Source: Lama guanicoe (taxonomy: Eukaryota). Taken from it: a DNA stretch of 62,000 nt. The DNA is taken from NCBI GenBank assembly GCA_013239625.1, contig MU054323.1:11615815-11677814 (forward strand), written 5' to 3'. Each line of letters begins with the position of its first letter. Within the stretch, counting starts at the first letter, position 1. This document shows positions 25,366 to 38,634 of the stretch, piece by piece. Below the pieces are notes generated by a model. It had not been told where the DNA came from. It ran no database searches and saw nothing but the letters and a program-made list of their open reading frames with translations. A program made the position numbers and the translations under genes.

Positions 25366-27129
25366 TAAGAATGTGTGAAAAGACCACCAGACCCCGGGAA
25401 GGGTGTTACAACTGACAAGAACGACATTTTAGTTTGAAGGAGCTCATCGTTTTTCTGGGTCCAAGGTTGGGAGGGGTCACCTATCAGACCAAGGAGGACA
25501 ATAAACCTACTCATGCCAACAGACAGGGCGAGCAAGTAGACACAAGGAGGGAGGAGGAGGTGCAGTGCCCAAAACCAATCTCTCTGGTTGCAAAATTCTG
25601 TTGGTACCTCCAGGTTAGATAAATGGACAGCAAATTCAGTCCCCAATAACTGTGATCTAATAAAAGCTGCAGAAAGCAGGAACTCATTTTGCTGAGTTGT
25701 CCTGTTTTTCTAGTTTTGTCCCCCCTGACTTGCCTGCTATTGGGCTCTGGGATAATCTCATTATATCTGATGTAATCACCCTTGGCAGGTTTGTGTCCTG
25801 GGGCCAGAATCAAGAAGGTCCCCCAGAGTCACCTACAAAGAAGCCTGAGGGGAGGCCCCCTCCCTGTCACCACCCCCCTGGCTGTGTCCTTTCCAGAAAT
25901 GCAGATGATTCATCCTCCTCAGGAGGGAGGTTAGTCACCAGATTTATTGTCTGTCTGAATAGGCTGTGTGCAGCATGACCAAAATCAAAGGGAAAAAAAG
26001 AGAGCTGTCTCAGCAAAATCTGCTGAATCAGAATTAACAAGAAAATCTTGTAACTAATGATCAGAAATTAAAATGTACTCAGGAGCTGCGGTGTTTAACT
26101 GAATCGCAGGGCTGCGGGGTGATGATGTGCAGGATAATGGGACTTGAAACAGCTCATATTCTGTGGAGGCAACGGAGGATAAACTGTTCACAAGCTGATC
26201 TAGGTGAGAGGCTGGTTCCGTAGCAACCTGGGGTATCACCCCTCGACAGGATGGTACCTGTCCTTCTCTCCATGCCCTGGCCCTACACTTCTCTCATCAA
26301 AAGGGCCTTACCTTCCTATAGCACATCTCAGTTTACAATCTAGAACTCATTAGATTCTCATGACAGCCTTGTGGGACAGGTGAAACAACTTAATCTGACA
26401 TCTCTCCATTTTACAGAGATGAACACTGAGGTACAGAGAGGTGCCAGTAAGTGGTAGGGCTGGACCTCAGGTTTTTTATTGGAATTCCTGTCCAAAGCAT
26501 CCTTGTAAACTAGTTTAACCTTTCTGCAAACCTAGATTTTCATGTATTGTATAAGTACTGAACAGGCTGGCATATATTGGTGTCTCAAGTGCCAACATGT
26601 TTGTTTTCTATATTTTAAATGTTAAAAATTGCTTTCATGAAAACACAAGTCAGTTATGTTCTTGCTTACCTAACCCTAAAGGCACTTTAAAAGTTTTACA
26701 AAGTAATTCAGATCTGGGGCTGCATCGAACCATGAATGTTTTTAATCTCTGAGTAAATGATTCAGAGAGCAATGCGGAAGGAAAAAGAAGGATGTAGAGT
26801 GAAACAGGCTAGCAGCCTGGCCACACCACTTCACCCTGCAGACGACTCTCACGGTTGTGCCGGATTACCACGATTAGCCACACTTCACCTACCAGAGTAA
26901 TGGATACCCGCGAGGGAGGAGCCTGCCGGTCTCCATGCTGAAGGGAGGCACAGTGTGATTTGATTTGAGTTTTATCTGCAGATGTCTCCCTGGGAAGACG
27001 GAGAGGAGGCTGCTGCTCCCAGAGGGGAGAGCTGCATTCTTTAATTACAGGGAAGCAGCGGGAACAAACTGCAAGGAGAAAAGAAACCAGTCAATAGACT
27101 GGGCTGCCAGTCTTCCTCTAAGCACTTAA

Positions 27130-27300
27130 TATTTTTGAGGTCTTGAAAGAGCCACTCTTCTCTATGCCTCATTTTCCACATCTGTAAAATGGGAATAACA
27201 ATTCCTCCCTTGCAGGGCTGTTGAAAGTCTAAAATTATATACATAACACACACACATATGCAGTGCTTATCCTAGAGTACGGATTTGATGGTAATACATA
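27130..27300 (+). mobile_element. MIR SINE
   Basis: gcctcattttccacatctgtaaaatgggaataacaa, the MIR core. Confidence 0.7.
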
Positions 27301-28559
27301 TGATTATTAGTAGGAATAGTAATAGTAGTAGCACTTGTATTGTAATAGCATTTGGCAAGTATTTCCCAGATTTGACTTCACCCTCCTCTATGAATATGCA
27401 AAAATACTCCTCCACTAAAACTCTGGCTGAAATCCCATTTCCCTGTGACATCTCCCCAAGATGCCATCCTGAGGTCATCCCTTCCTCCTCAAAGTTCTTT
27501 GTCTGCATCACTGATGAGACCAAACACTGCAGCACCCAACAGCATTCTTTCTATTTACAGGACCTGCAGCCCAGGCAGATTTGAGTGGTTCAGGGTAGAG
27601 TGAGGAAGGATATCAGGTTTGGGTGTGTGGGTGGTGGCAGGTGGTGAGGTGGAGGGTAGGGAAGGACATGAGTCAGCTAGGGCAAGTAAGCCCTCCTGAG
27701 TCCAGGAGGCCAGTGTGAGGACAGAGAAGAGCCGGGTGGGAGGATCATAGCTGAGTGGGGATACAAGGCCTGGCCAGGGCAGTGGGTTGGCAGAGGTTGA
27801 AGCGGGCAGGTAGTCTGACCCAGGGACATGTGGCTCAGGACATATGAGCTCTAAATGCAGGCATCAATCATGAGAGGCAAGGGTGTACAGACCCTTGTCA
27901 ACTAGTCGGTCACAAGAATCACTTATGGAATGTTCTCAAAATACACATTCCCAGGCCCCAGCCACTGAGATTCTGACAGTAAACTGGCACACTGTCGGAA
28001 GAGAGGATGGGCTCTCCTGCTCTGTGAGTGCAGGCGCTTACAAGGGGATGGTTACAGAAGGTCTCCTAATAGTGCTCACCTCTGAACTTAAAGACTTAAT
28101 GAAGGCTTACCAAGAGGCAGGAGGTCCTCAAGGCACGTGAACCAGATGCTCAGAAAGTGAGTGTGACGAGCTCACAAACACTGGGTGAAGAAAGCTTTTC
28201 AAGAAGAAGGGTCCCAAGAAATCAAGGTCAAATCAAGGACAGAGAAAAAGCAAAGCAGGCATTTTCTGAAGAATGCTCCATGAGGAAATGTCACTGCCCT
28301 CTTCAGGATGCCTCCATCAGACGGCCCCTCTCAAACAGACCCATAAAGGATGAGTGTCTGCATGAGAGAGCCTGGTGAGAATCAGGAAGTTGGAATCACA
28401 TACCCTGTTGACTGGATCAATTTCCAGGTAATTTCCTCTGCAGCAGAAGAGGAGTCTCAGGCTCTAAGCTAAGGCCCACCCTATCAGAGGCTAGGGATGA
28501 GCATAGGACCACTATGAGAACGTGAGGGTCAAGGTGCATTCGTTAATCAAGTGCATTTA

Positions 28560-29830
28560 TTTCTTCTCCTTCATAAAGCATGCTTGCTGAAATGTGGTAG
28601 CCTCAGTTCTCTTCCCTTATCTCCAGAAAACCAAACCTGGCATAAATCTCCCACGTAGGAAACCAAAAGTGGGTTCTCTAGAGAAACCAGAGGAAGTAAC
28701 AGCAAACACCTACTGATTTTGACAACTGGAACCCCTCACTCCCACAGTGAAAAAGCCAAATCACCTTTGATCACCCTATGGTTTGGCTCACCAGGTGGCA
28801 CGCCCTGGCCATACACACAGAATTCCCAGCTGTTTTAGTCTCTGATTCTTCAATACACTCTTATATCCATAGGTAATTGGAAACTTGAGGAAAATCCTCC
28901 AACCTGAATGACAGTGCAAACAAACCCAAAGAAAAGTAGAGAATTCCATAAAGGGGTGTCCAAGGGAGAAAAAGGCCACCTAATAATCAAAGAAACAGTA
29001 GAAGAAAAATCTCGAGAAAGGCAGGATATAAGAGTCTCCAAATTGACATTTGGAAATTTCAGAAGACCAGGTATAAAGAGATGGTCCAAAGGCTTCCAGG
29101 GAGGAAAACAAAAGGCAACAAACCACAGACAACGCCCGCACCGACATTAGTGGAAGCTCAGGAGCAGTGGTGGAAGCTGGGAGGCACGGAGACAGCTTCT
29201 GGCAGACACTATGCCATGTGTCTCTTGCATTTCTGAGTATCTTGGGAGAGAGGCCCTGACTGCCCTTTGTTTCAGATGAACTACCTTTTCAAGCATGTTT
29301 GTAGAGTGAACAACTTTGGAAGACAGAGAGTGTTTCCCTCCAGAGCAAAAGGCAGGCACGACCACTATAAAAGATTCAGGTTCCCTAAGCTCCAGGTTCC
29401 TCTCTTATAACATAACCCATTGTGCGTGTGCAGGTGTCACCTGGCCCTCTTTATGTTCCCTAGGAGAATGGGGGTTAGGGGAACAGGTGCAAAAAATGCT
29501 GATATTCCAGCTTCTCCCACTGCTGTGAACAACAAGCTATCCTGTCTCTGACCCAGGAGCCTTGTGTCTTCATTAGCCTCCCTGAAACGGCAGCCAGCAG
29601 GCTAGCTTGCAAGGAGGGTTCCACCTGACCCTTCACAGTTCTGGGCAGTAATGCCTTCAGAATTCTGAGGGTAAATCGTTTATCACCTTAGAATTTCATG
29701 CACAGCCAGAGAGAAAATACATGGGAGGTAGAATAAAGACATCTTTACAAAGTCAAATTCAAAAAAATACAATGTGTTCATTCTCGGGTATGCACTCTAG
29801 GATGTTGTCCAGCAAAAAAAAAAAAAGACA
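28560..29830 (+). mobile_element. Ancient L1ME/HAL1-like ORF1-region remnant, interrupted by an LTR
   Basis: A-rich ORF1-like sequence (ataatcaaagaaacagtagaagaaaaat; aatgccttcagaattctgaggg..tagaattt..tagaataaagacatc) on both sides of the LTR. Confidence 0.55.
29199..29646 (+). mobile_element. ERVL-class solo LTR (MER77/MER68-like)
   Basis: ctgactgccctttgtt, TATA-like ctataaaaga, 3' end tgtctctgacccaggagccttgtgtcttc..gcttgcaagg..gacccttcacagttct. Confidence 0.7.
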
Positions 29831-32439
29831 AAAAAAGAGTGAGATGGATCTTTTTTTCAACCAAACTGGCCTAGTCATCAAGTTTCAGCTTTCCTCACCA
29901 CAAACAAAAGACAATTTTTAAAATGTGGTACATTTTGAACTCCTTAGTTATGCTATATATAATACCAGTTTCATATTTTTCTTGACTAGATTTTTAAAGC
30001 TGCATTTTCTGGGGGCGGGGGTGGAGGAAAGAGAACAAGGGGCCTGGGATCTGGAGCTGAAAGAATTGGATTCCAGTCCTACCTGCCCCGCTATCCCCCC
30101 ACCCCCACCTGCGGTGTGTCCTTGGAGAAGCTACTGCACTGCTCTGAAACAGTTTTCTGCTCTGCAGACAGGAAATACCACCTTCCTTATGGGGCAGTTA
30201 CAGGCAAGGCAAGGGCATTTCATTTCACTGTAGCCTCAGTAGACCCTGGCTGCTTGTGTGGAGTAGGCATCACTAGGTATTGATTTGATTGGAGCAAATT
30301 AAGAGTGACTTCTAAAGGCATTTAAAAATAGAAGCAAATGGCTGGTAAGTGGGGACAGGCCTGCCAAGAAGCTCGAGTTGGACTAGAAATGTTCCTTCAA
30401 ACTTCTGCTTGTGCTCAGTATTCTAGATTTTTCTTATAACTCTACCAGAGAAATAAAGAAGCCAAGGCAATGTGTTTGGGCTGCTGCAGTTAGAGAGAAT
30501 GGGTAGACACGAGGCAGAGGCGGTCAGACCTGTTTTCCCAGGAATTAGTTTGTTTCATGCTGGAGAATTAGCGCTGGGTCATACTGGGTTCCCATTAGAG
30601 AACTCTTCCATATTAGAGTTTCGGGTTGTGGAATCTGAACTACATCCAGTGGTTGGGACACAGCTGCTGGTGCCACCTTATCTTGCTATAGGTTCCCCAC
30701 ACCAGGCACCACTTCACAGGTTGGCCATTACCCTGAAGCTGCTTCAGTCTGATGTCCCAAAGCCAACTGTGGCAGGGGAGAGCAGTCAGTGGTCACCCCT
30801 CTGGGCTCTCTGCCTACTGCCCTGCCACTCTTAGGAGGGCCAGTCCTGTGCAGGGCACCTGAGTAACCTCGAGGACAGCGGGAGCTCCCTCAAGACAGTT
30901 CTGAATGTTTTGAGGTCCTGCTAAGTGTGTATTATCAATTCCCCAGGGCAGCAGGGAGAAGCACCTGACTATCCATCAGCAGAGGCTAGGTCTGAGAGGT
31001 TTTCATCAGCTTCACGATCCAAGAGGATGTTCTTAGCAGTTAGGATGAACTACTGCCTGCTTGTGCTGCCTAAGTTGCAAGGGTCTGTTCTGGACAGAAA
31101 AATGTCTATGACCTTGGCCTGGCTGATTGGACAAAGGAGTAACGAGGGTGTAGCTTAACCTGGAAAATCTAGTTTGGTCCACCTGGGGGCAGGCGGGGAG
31201 GGTCAGTTCAACACGTGCCCTTTGGGGGCTGATGCTGCCAGATGCAGGTGGGTCTCTTCCTTGGAGGTGCATACAAGCAAATGGGGACTGGGGGATAGAT
31301 ACACGAACAGAGGAGGTGCTGGTTATGGAGTAAGTGCTACATCACCTGTTTGTGGGGGTGCTGTGCTCAGTGAAAGACATGGACACAGAGCCTTCCATGA
31401 GGACACAGGGTACCACGGGGACACAGAGGGAACACCTAGCCTCCCTGCATCCCATCTGCTGGGAGGCCCAGAAGTGGGTTCCTAGGAGATGGCTCAGCCT
31501 TCCTGTGGTCCCATGTTCTTCTCCAATCTCTAAATGAACCATCACAAGTTCATAAAGATAATGAACTTGTTGTATGTCATTTATATAGCCATCATATTAT
31601 CACCAGGGATGAGCCAGGGGCTCCAAGACAGTGAGAAGAAGCAGATTTGGGTTCCTGTGTCTGGAATTCCACCCTCTCTTCCTCTTGTCCTATTAGCCTT
31701 ACAACTCAGCCTTCCTGTCTGTCTGTCCATCCTTTGAGAAGCCTTCCCAGTCCCTCCTCTGTGAACTTTGTACTCAAGTGACCTCTTATAGCCAAAGTGA
31801 CCCTGTGCACGCCCTCCCTCCCACTCTCTCTGCCTCCCCTACCGCCCACAACCCTCTCTAAAATAAAACCCATTTTTCTTCACTCATTGTCTTTGAGGCC
31901 AAGGTCAGTGGCCAGCTCCTTTCATCATGCCTGTCACATGACAGGTGCTTAGTAAATATTTATTGCTTAGTGATTTACAGATGCATTTGGGGCTGAACTG
32001 CCGTGCACTCGAGGCAGCACGGCCCCTGAGAAGAGGCGGACCGCTCTGCCACATATCAGTTGGGCAATCTTGACTGGTTATTTCACTTCTGAGGCTCAAG
32101 TTCCTCATCTGTAAAATCTGTGCAACCACCTACCTGATAGGATACTGTCAGCATTCCACAAAGTAGTGACTGTAGAGCCCCAAAGCATACAGTTGGCACA
32201 TAACTATAGCTCCCCCAATGCTAGTTCCCTTCCCCCTGTCCACCTCAAGGAGGATGGCTGATGGATGGATGGATCTGAGGGTCACCATGGCTAACAGTTG
32301 TCAAAGATGTAAAACGACTTAATGTATCAGGGAGCCATTGCTAAGGGCCTGTGCGTGAGGGACTCCCCCACACCTGCAGCACTTTCTTTCTGGTGCGGAC
32401 ACGAGTGCCTGCCGCTCTGTCCTCAACGTGAGAGCCGCA

Positions 32440-32705
32440 GAGCCTGGTGGTTGGGAACCCAGACCTCTGGAGTGGACTTCTGGGACCTGAATCTCACGTC
32501 TACTACCAGTTGCTTGACTTTAGGCAAGCGACTTATTAACTTTCTTGGCTTTCGAGTTACTCACTTGTAAGATGGAGCTAGTAATAGCTAGTATGATATT
32601 ATACAGCTACAATTATCAGGAGGATTGACTAAGTTAAATTCTTTAAAACTCTTAGAACAATGCCAAGCGCAGCGTAAGCTCTGCGTAAGTAGTTGCTATG
32701 CTACT
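32440..32705 (+). mobile_element. MIR SINE, near full length
   Basis: gcctggtggttggga..ctctggagt..tgactttaggcaagcgactt..cttagaacaatgcc..gttgctat. Confidence 0.75.
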
Positions 32706-32889
32706 AGTCTTCTTTTGTGTGTCTGAAATGTTTTATGATTAAATGCTTAAGCCTGGTAATCCAATCCTCAAATAGAACAATTAAATGTGGGCCCACGAAG
32801 GCAGTCGCTCAGCAGGCGGAATAGGACCCATCTGGCATTAAGGCCCTTCCCCCGCCTTGCTCCATCCCCTCCCCTCACCCTCCTTCTCC

Positions 32890-33510
32890 TCCCACATCTG
32901 CCACCAGCATCTCCCATAATCATTGTCTCCTGTCCACTCTGACTGATGCTGACATAGTTCAGGCCTCATAATCTTCTTGGGCTACTTCTGGAGTCTCCGG
33001 CAGGCCCCTTGTCACAGAATCTCACCTCCAAACCATCTTAACTCTCTGTTATCCTATCCGTCTTCCTCCACTTACACTCTGGTTGATGTTACTCCTTTGC
33101 TCTAACACCTTCAGTAGCTCCCAACTACTTATCCAATTAAGTTCAGTTTCTTCTGCCTGGCACTCAAGGCCCCCTCTCTTGCCCTATTTGACCCCCCACT
33201 TTCTTCCATGTCTTCTACACCTCAGGCTGGTTGACCTGCTCCTTGTTCTCTGAGAAAGGCCCATTATTTCCTGCTTCTGTCCCTTTGTTCAGGCTGTTCT
33301 TATCACCTGAGTGTGTCCCCGTCTCTATCCTTTTCAAGTGTCACATACATTTGTATGTTTCAAACTCATCTCATATGGGGTCTTTTCTTCCTTTGAACCT
33401 CATAGTTCTTTATTTGACCCTCTTTTCTGATACAACGTTCTGTCTAAACTGCTTTGGGTCCTTAACATCATATTCCCTTGCTCAGGACCAAGTGTCCTAT
33501 AAAGCCAGTT
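32890..33510 (+). mobile_element. L2 fragment
   Basis: gttactcctttgctctaacaccttcagtagctccca..gcctggcactcaaggccc motifs. Confidence 0.6.
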
Positions 33511-34264
33511 TGGGGAGATAGATCAGACCCCACTCCCTGAGAAGGGGACTCCACTGAAAGGCAGGCAGAAGCCCAGGGCCCTGGGTGCTGGGGCCGAGCT
33601 GGACACAGTGTTTTGACAGTGTCTGGGGCAACACCAAAACTGAGAATCACACAGAAGCAGGTTGACAAGTGAAGAGAAGCAGAATTCAGGTGTGAGAGCT
33701 GAATTCTTAGGTTAGACAGAAGATTCAAACAGTGTAGGAAGCAGAGCTAGTGATGTTTCTGGTGATGGGGTGTGGTGTGACGGCCCCACGAGGGAGGAGA
33801 GAGCTTCTGAGGATGCGCAGCCAGGCTGCGCTTACTCGGACAAGCCTCTGTTACTCGCCCAGGCCTCTGTTACTCGCACGCCTGTCCTCTGTTCTTGTCT
33901 ATGACACACTGACACTGAACGACACGGCTTCCCCACGGGGCTCCGCACAGACTGTGGCATACATGGTGGCAGACCCCATCAGTGTGCACACAGGAGGAAT
34001 GAACATACAGGCTGAGGAAGCTCCAGGTAAGGCAAATGGCTGAAAACGCAGGCAAGGAAGGGTCAAGACCAGCGAGGGGTTCGCCATTTCCCTCTGAACC
34101 AAAGCGCAGGCAACTCCCAGGGGGTCCCCAGCCCTACCCTGACCTCTAAGTGACCTCTGAGGACTGAGGGGCAGCCCTCACCACTCCCAGGCCCTGCCCT
34201 CTGCTCTGGAGACTGATGTTTAATCCTCACAATAAAATGATAAGGACAACCCACACTTTTGGAC

Positions 34265-34470
34265 ATAATACACGTATGGCTCTGTGCTGAGAACATCACA
34301 GGAGTCGTTTCATTTAACCTCACAAAAAACATATGAGATAAGTACAACTATGAGCCCCATTCAGAGAGGAGAAAGTTGAGTTCAGAGAAGTTGAGTAATT
34401 TGCCCCTTGTCACACAGCTAGGAACTGGAAGAGCCAGGATCTGAACCTAAGTCCATGGGGCCAGCTACTG
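34265..34470 (-). mobile_element. MIR SINE
   Basis: tcatttaacctcacaa..ccccattcagagaggagaaag..gtcacacagctaggaactggaagagccaggatctgaacc. Confidence 0.8.
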
Positions 34471-36599
34471 CACTTTACAGGAGCATGTTGGCCAAAGAAA
34501 AAGGGGAGACCAGGCTCAGAGTAGGCTTTTTTGTCAGGTAGGAGGAACTGGGACACCATTCAGTTAATGGGGAGGAGGCAGCAGGGGCAGGGCAGGGAGG
34601 CATTACTGAAGGAGCAAGAAGGGAGGAGGAGAATCAAGGCACAGGCGAGCAGTGTGGGGAGGAGGGTGGGGGAGGGGAGGAGGAGAGAGAGGCAGCAGCC
34701 CAGCTGCTGGGAGAAAGAGGAGGGATTTCGTTCCAGGAGACCTCAAACCCCTCCACTAAATGAGGAGAAAGTTACTTTCAGTACCAGGCAGGGGCGGTAG
34801 GAGGAATTTGGGCCTGGGTAGAATGAAGGTATTCAGTCTCCTGGCTGTGCAGACAGACCTGGGGCATCTCCTCAAGCTCAGGACAGACGGCAGAATGGAA
34901 AAAAATGTCCTGCTGAGCTGGTTACCTCCCCGATCCTACACCTCAGCGCTATCTATAAATGAGAGCAGCTTTGGAAAGAGCTGTGTCTCTCTGTGACTCC
35001 TATTTAGTCCCTGGCTGTCAGCTCCTTTGGGGGAAGGGACCTCTTCTCTCCTCCATCCTAGGGATAAATGAAGCCCCACTGGTGAAGCCACTTTGCCTTC
35101 TGGAGGGAAGGGAGATGCAGAGCACCCTGACGCCCCAACAGCTTGCCAGGCCATCACCAAGGGCAGCCCTTAGCCCCAGCGCTGTGGCCGGCCCAGGGAG
35201 GGCTGTGCTTCGGAGGCTGGAACTTCTCAGACAGACTTCTGGCGAGCCTCCTGCTGGGTGCTCAGGGCTCCCTGTTGCGCTGGGCAGTGAGTTATTGCAG
35301 CCTGTTATCTTCAGCAGCAGGTGAAGCATCCTGGGCTGCTCTCAGTCCTGTGAGCGAAGCCAGGGAATATTTACTGGCTCCACTGAAGAAGGTAACCAGC
35401 CCTGTCACAGCACAGAGGATGCATCTCTCACCCAAGGCTTTTTTTTTTCCCCTCCTCTCTTTCTTCATTATGTTTGTAATTTTGTTTTATTATTTCCCAT
35501 TGGAAAGCTGTGAAATGAAAATGATGCAATCTACTGCTGTGAAATAATGTCGTGCTCTAGTCCTTTTCCAATAAGCCCTGAGGTTTGCACTGTGACGGCT
35601 TCATTAAATTAGCCGGTTCCATGGCAAATGGGAAAGCGCTTGGAGCTTTGGATTTTGCTAATCCAAGTTGGGCTGCCTGAGACCTTAGACCACCGGGGAG
35701 CTTGAGAGGTTGGCTCTGCCTGCTGGGGAGAAGAGGATCCCACCCATCGTGTGCGACAAGGCCACCATGAGAGCACAGCTGCTAGAGTTCTCACGCAATC
35801 CCTCTGCGTGCCAGATGCTGCTCCAGGTCTTGTCAGGTGCCAAAGGAACAGATAGGTCAGGGTGCTGTCTCCCCAGGAGCAAATGTGTGGAATAGGGCAA
35901 GGGAGGAGGCTTAACTCTGCCACAGGTAAACACAGGTAAAAGGTGAGCTTCTCCCTGAAGGCCGGCCAGGACTCTGGTTGCCAGGTGCCAGGGAATCTGC
36001 CTGAGATACTTGCAGAGGAGATGCAAGTGCTCCCCTCTAACCTCCCATCACCATCCCTCGGCGTTTCTGAGAACAATCTCTCTTGCCAGGCTCGATTGCA
36101 GTATTAAAGACGTCCATGACTGATAGTTCATTCCAGTGAGCACTTTCAGTATTAAACTCTGTCATTATGAAGTAAAATATTCATGATCCCTAAATCTGTG
36201 TGTATTATAACAGGATGTCATTGTTATCAATTTGTCTTCCCCGTTCTCCATTTCTGCCTTTGCTGTCTTTTTCAGACTCTAATGTCTGATAGCTAGAGCT
36301 GGGAGATAATTAGGAAGCGGTACTAAAGAATCACAGGATTGTTCTCTCACTCACTGATATGGTCCCAGAGCCAGTGGGAAAGACAGTGGTGACAGCTAAT
36401 TACAGCACTAAGGAATTCTGGTCTGAGCTGACCCGGGAAGACCCCTCCCATAAACACACATCAGTATGGGGTAAAATATAATAAAATGATTTGAAATCAC
36501 AGCTGCATTTGAAAGGAAGGAAAGAAAAATTCCAGATTCCAGAAATGAATAGGAATTCAAAGCCAGCATGGTGAATGAGCATTGGAGGGGAACTGAAGC

Positions 36600-37950
36600 C
36601 AGATGTGTACAATCAGGGCTGTGGTTTCAACACCCAAGTGGCAGCAGACATGGAGACCACCGCATCGTGAGTGGCTAGGGCCAGATAGGAGACCCTACAT
36701 TTAGTTGGGTGCTTAGAAAGGCTCAACAAACCCCACCTACCAGCTGGGTAAGTGGTGACCACAAGGGAAGCGGGACAACAATTTGGGTAGAGAAAGGATA
36801 ATCTGTGAAGGATCAAAATCCAAGCTTGTGCCACCATGGCTGTAGGGTCTGGATTCATAGCATTTTCACAGTGTGCAGACTACAATTGGAAAAGTCAGTG
36901 TACAAACTGGTTTGAACACAATGGAACCCAATGGAGGCAAACTTCAACCTTTCCCAAGGCATGCCTCCACAACCTGGAGGAAATAACTCCCGCTGAATAT
37001 GAGCTCACACAGAGAAATCACACAGCACATAAGAAAAGAAACAGCCAAGAGAGTGAGTCTCAGATCCAATATGGCAGCCAGCTTGGCCCATCCACTCAAC
37101 ACCGTTATCCCTCCGACTCTATCCAGCCGCTGGAGAGTGCCTGAAGCCCTCTCTTTTTTTCCAGTTCATGAGTGTATATAATGCATGTATAAATTCCCTT
37201 CATTTAATTTGCACATCACATCAATTAGACACTGAGAAACGTATACTGTTCACACCTAGCCAGATGTGATCCCTGCTGATGGGTTGCGGCCACACCTGGC
37301 CACCTACTCCCCTGGCAGTGTGATGAGGCTACCCTGGAGTGGGGACTCTCCAAGCTCGGTTTGGGGTCTCAATCTCACAAGCCCATAAAATATGAAAAGT
37401 GTAGGTCCTTTTTTTATTTTCATACGCTGACATTATTGACAAGCTTTCACTCTCACCCACAACTACCAGTGGCCTCCGAAGTGGATGTTTCAGGTTCCTG
37501 AAATCTGGTATTCAAACTCAATGATCACAGTTGACCAAGGACTCTAATGCAGCATTCGCCAAAAGACATGACCTCTAGGCAACGCTTGGCCACTGCTGCT
37601 CAGAGGCACGACTGCAGGATGCAGGCATCTCAAGCTGGAGCAGGTTGCTCTTCGCCCAGGGATCATCAGCTTTGTCTTGAATTGGTGGAGCTGTGGAACT
37701 GCTGCTATTCTTGCTTTTAAATCACAAATTGCTCTTGCCTTGGCTTCATCACCATCAGTTTAATGGTGAGAGGGTGCCTGGAGAACCCTACGCAGTTATG
37801 TGATCCCTATTTGCATTAACTTCTGTTTTCCACTAAGGAGGCCTTAAGATGCACACCCTGCAGCTCGCATGTGAACCTTCGGTATCTCCATGAGCAGATT
37901 ACCCCCACGTCCTTCACAGAGAGTCTTCGTTGTAGTCCCAAGGGCTTCCA
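36600..37950. mobile_element. Probable old ERV LTR/internal remnant
   Basis: LTR-like composition (caatatggcagcc, aattcccttcatttaatttgcaca) followed by degraded internal-like sequence; family not determinable by eye. Confidence 0.35.
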
Positions 37951-38634
37951 CTAGGAAGCGGCAGGTCAGCAAGATCACTGAGCGTTAGCTTTTCTGCCAC
38001 ATCAAAGCAGCTGAGATTAAAAATAACGTTTGTCCCTCTGGGGCTGAGGCCTCCATTCCTGTTACCCCACTTCCTTGGGTGTTCAAGAGAGATCTATGGC
38101 CACCTGCACCCTGTGATTTAAAGGGGCAGTAAATAAGTAACATCACTTTATCTTGCCCCCAGGGAACTGCCCGACAGGCACAGAAACAGAGGGAGACAAA
38201 CAGACAGAGGAGGACAATCCCTGCTCCTTTAGTTATGTCAGTGCAGTGTCTGATTCCCCTAGTTAGGGGAGAGGGCGCTGGTGAAACCATCTGTTCGTCT
38301 CTGCAAGACTGGTTTAAATCCCGTGGACACACAGCCTTCAGGAGCCAACAGAACATCTTCCACAGATGTCTTTATACATTACACGCTTCCTTTCCTTTTC
38401 ACAGTGGGGAGGGAAACAGCCCAACAAAAGAGGCAGGTTGTAAGTAAATAAGGCAAGAGGAGGACTGCACAGAGACCACTGCTGGGGAGATGCTGGGAAC
38501 GCGCATGCAGCCTTCTCTTCCCGCGTCTGCAGGAGTCCATGGCCATGGACTGTGTAACAGTGAGCTTGAACATGCCCCATTCCTGAAGTCTTTCTGGGTG
38601 CAGGGGAGACAGACACCTGTTTCAGGTAGAAGAT

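Noticed and set aside
33844..33877. 15-bp direct repeat gcctctgttactcgc with period 19
   Set aside because: Ordinary short slippage duplication with no functional context
34640..34725. G-rich polypurine tract with G-quadruplex potential
   Set aside because: Common low-complexity sequence with no supporting context
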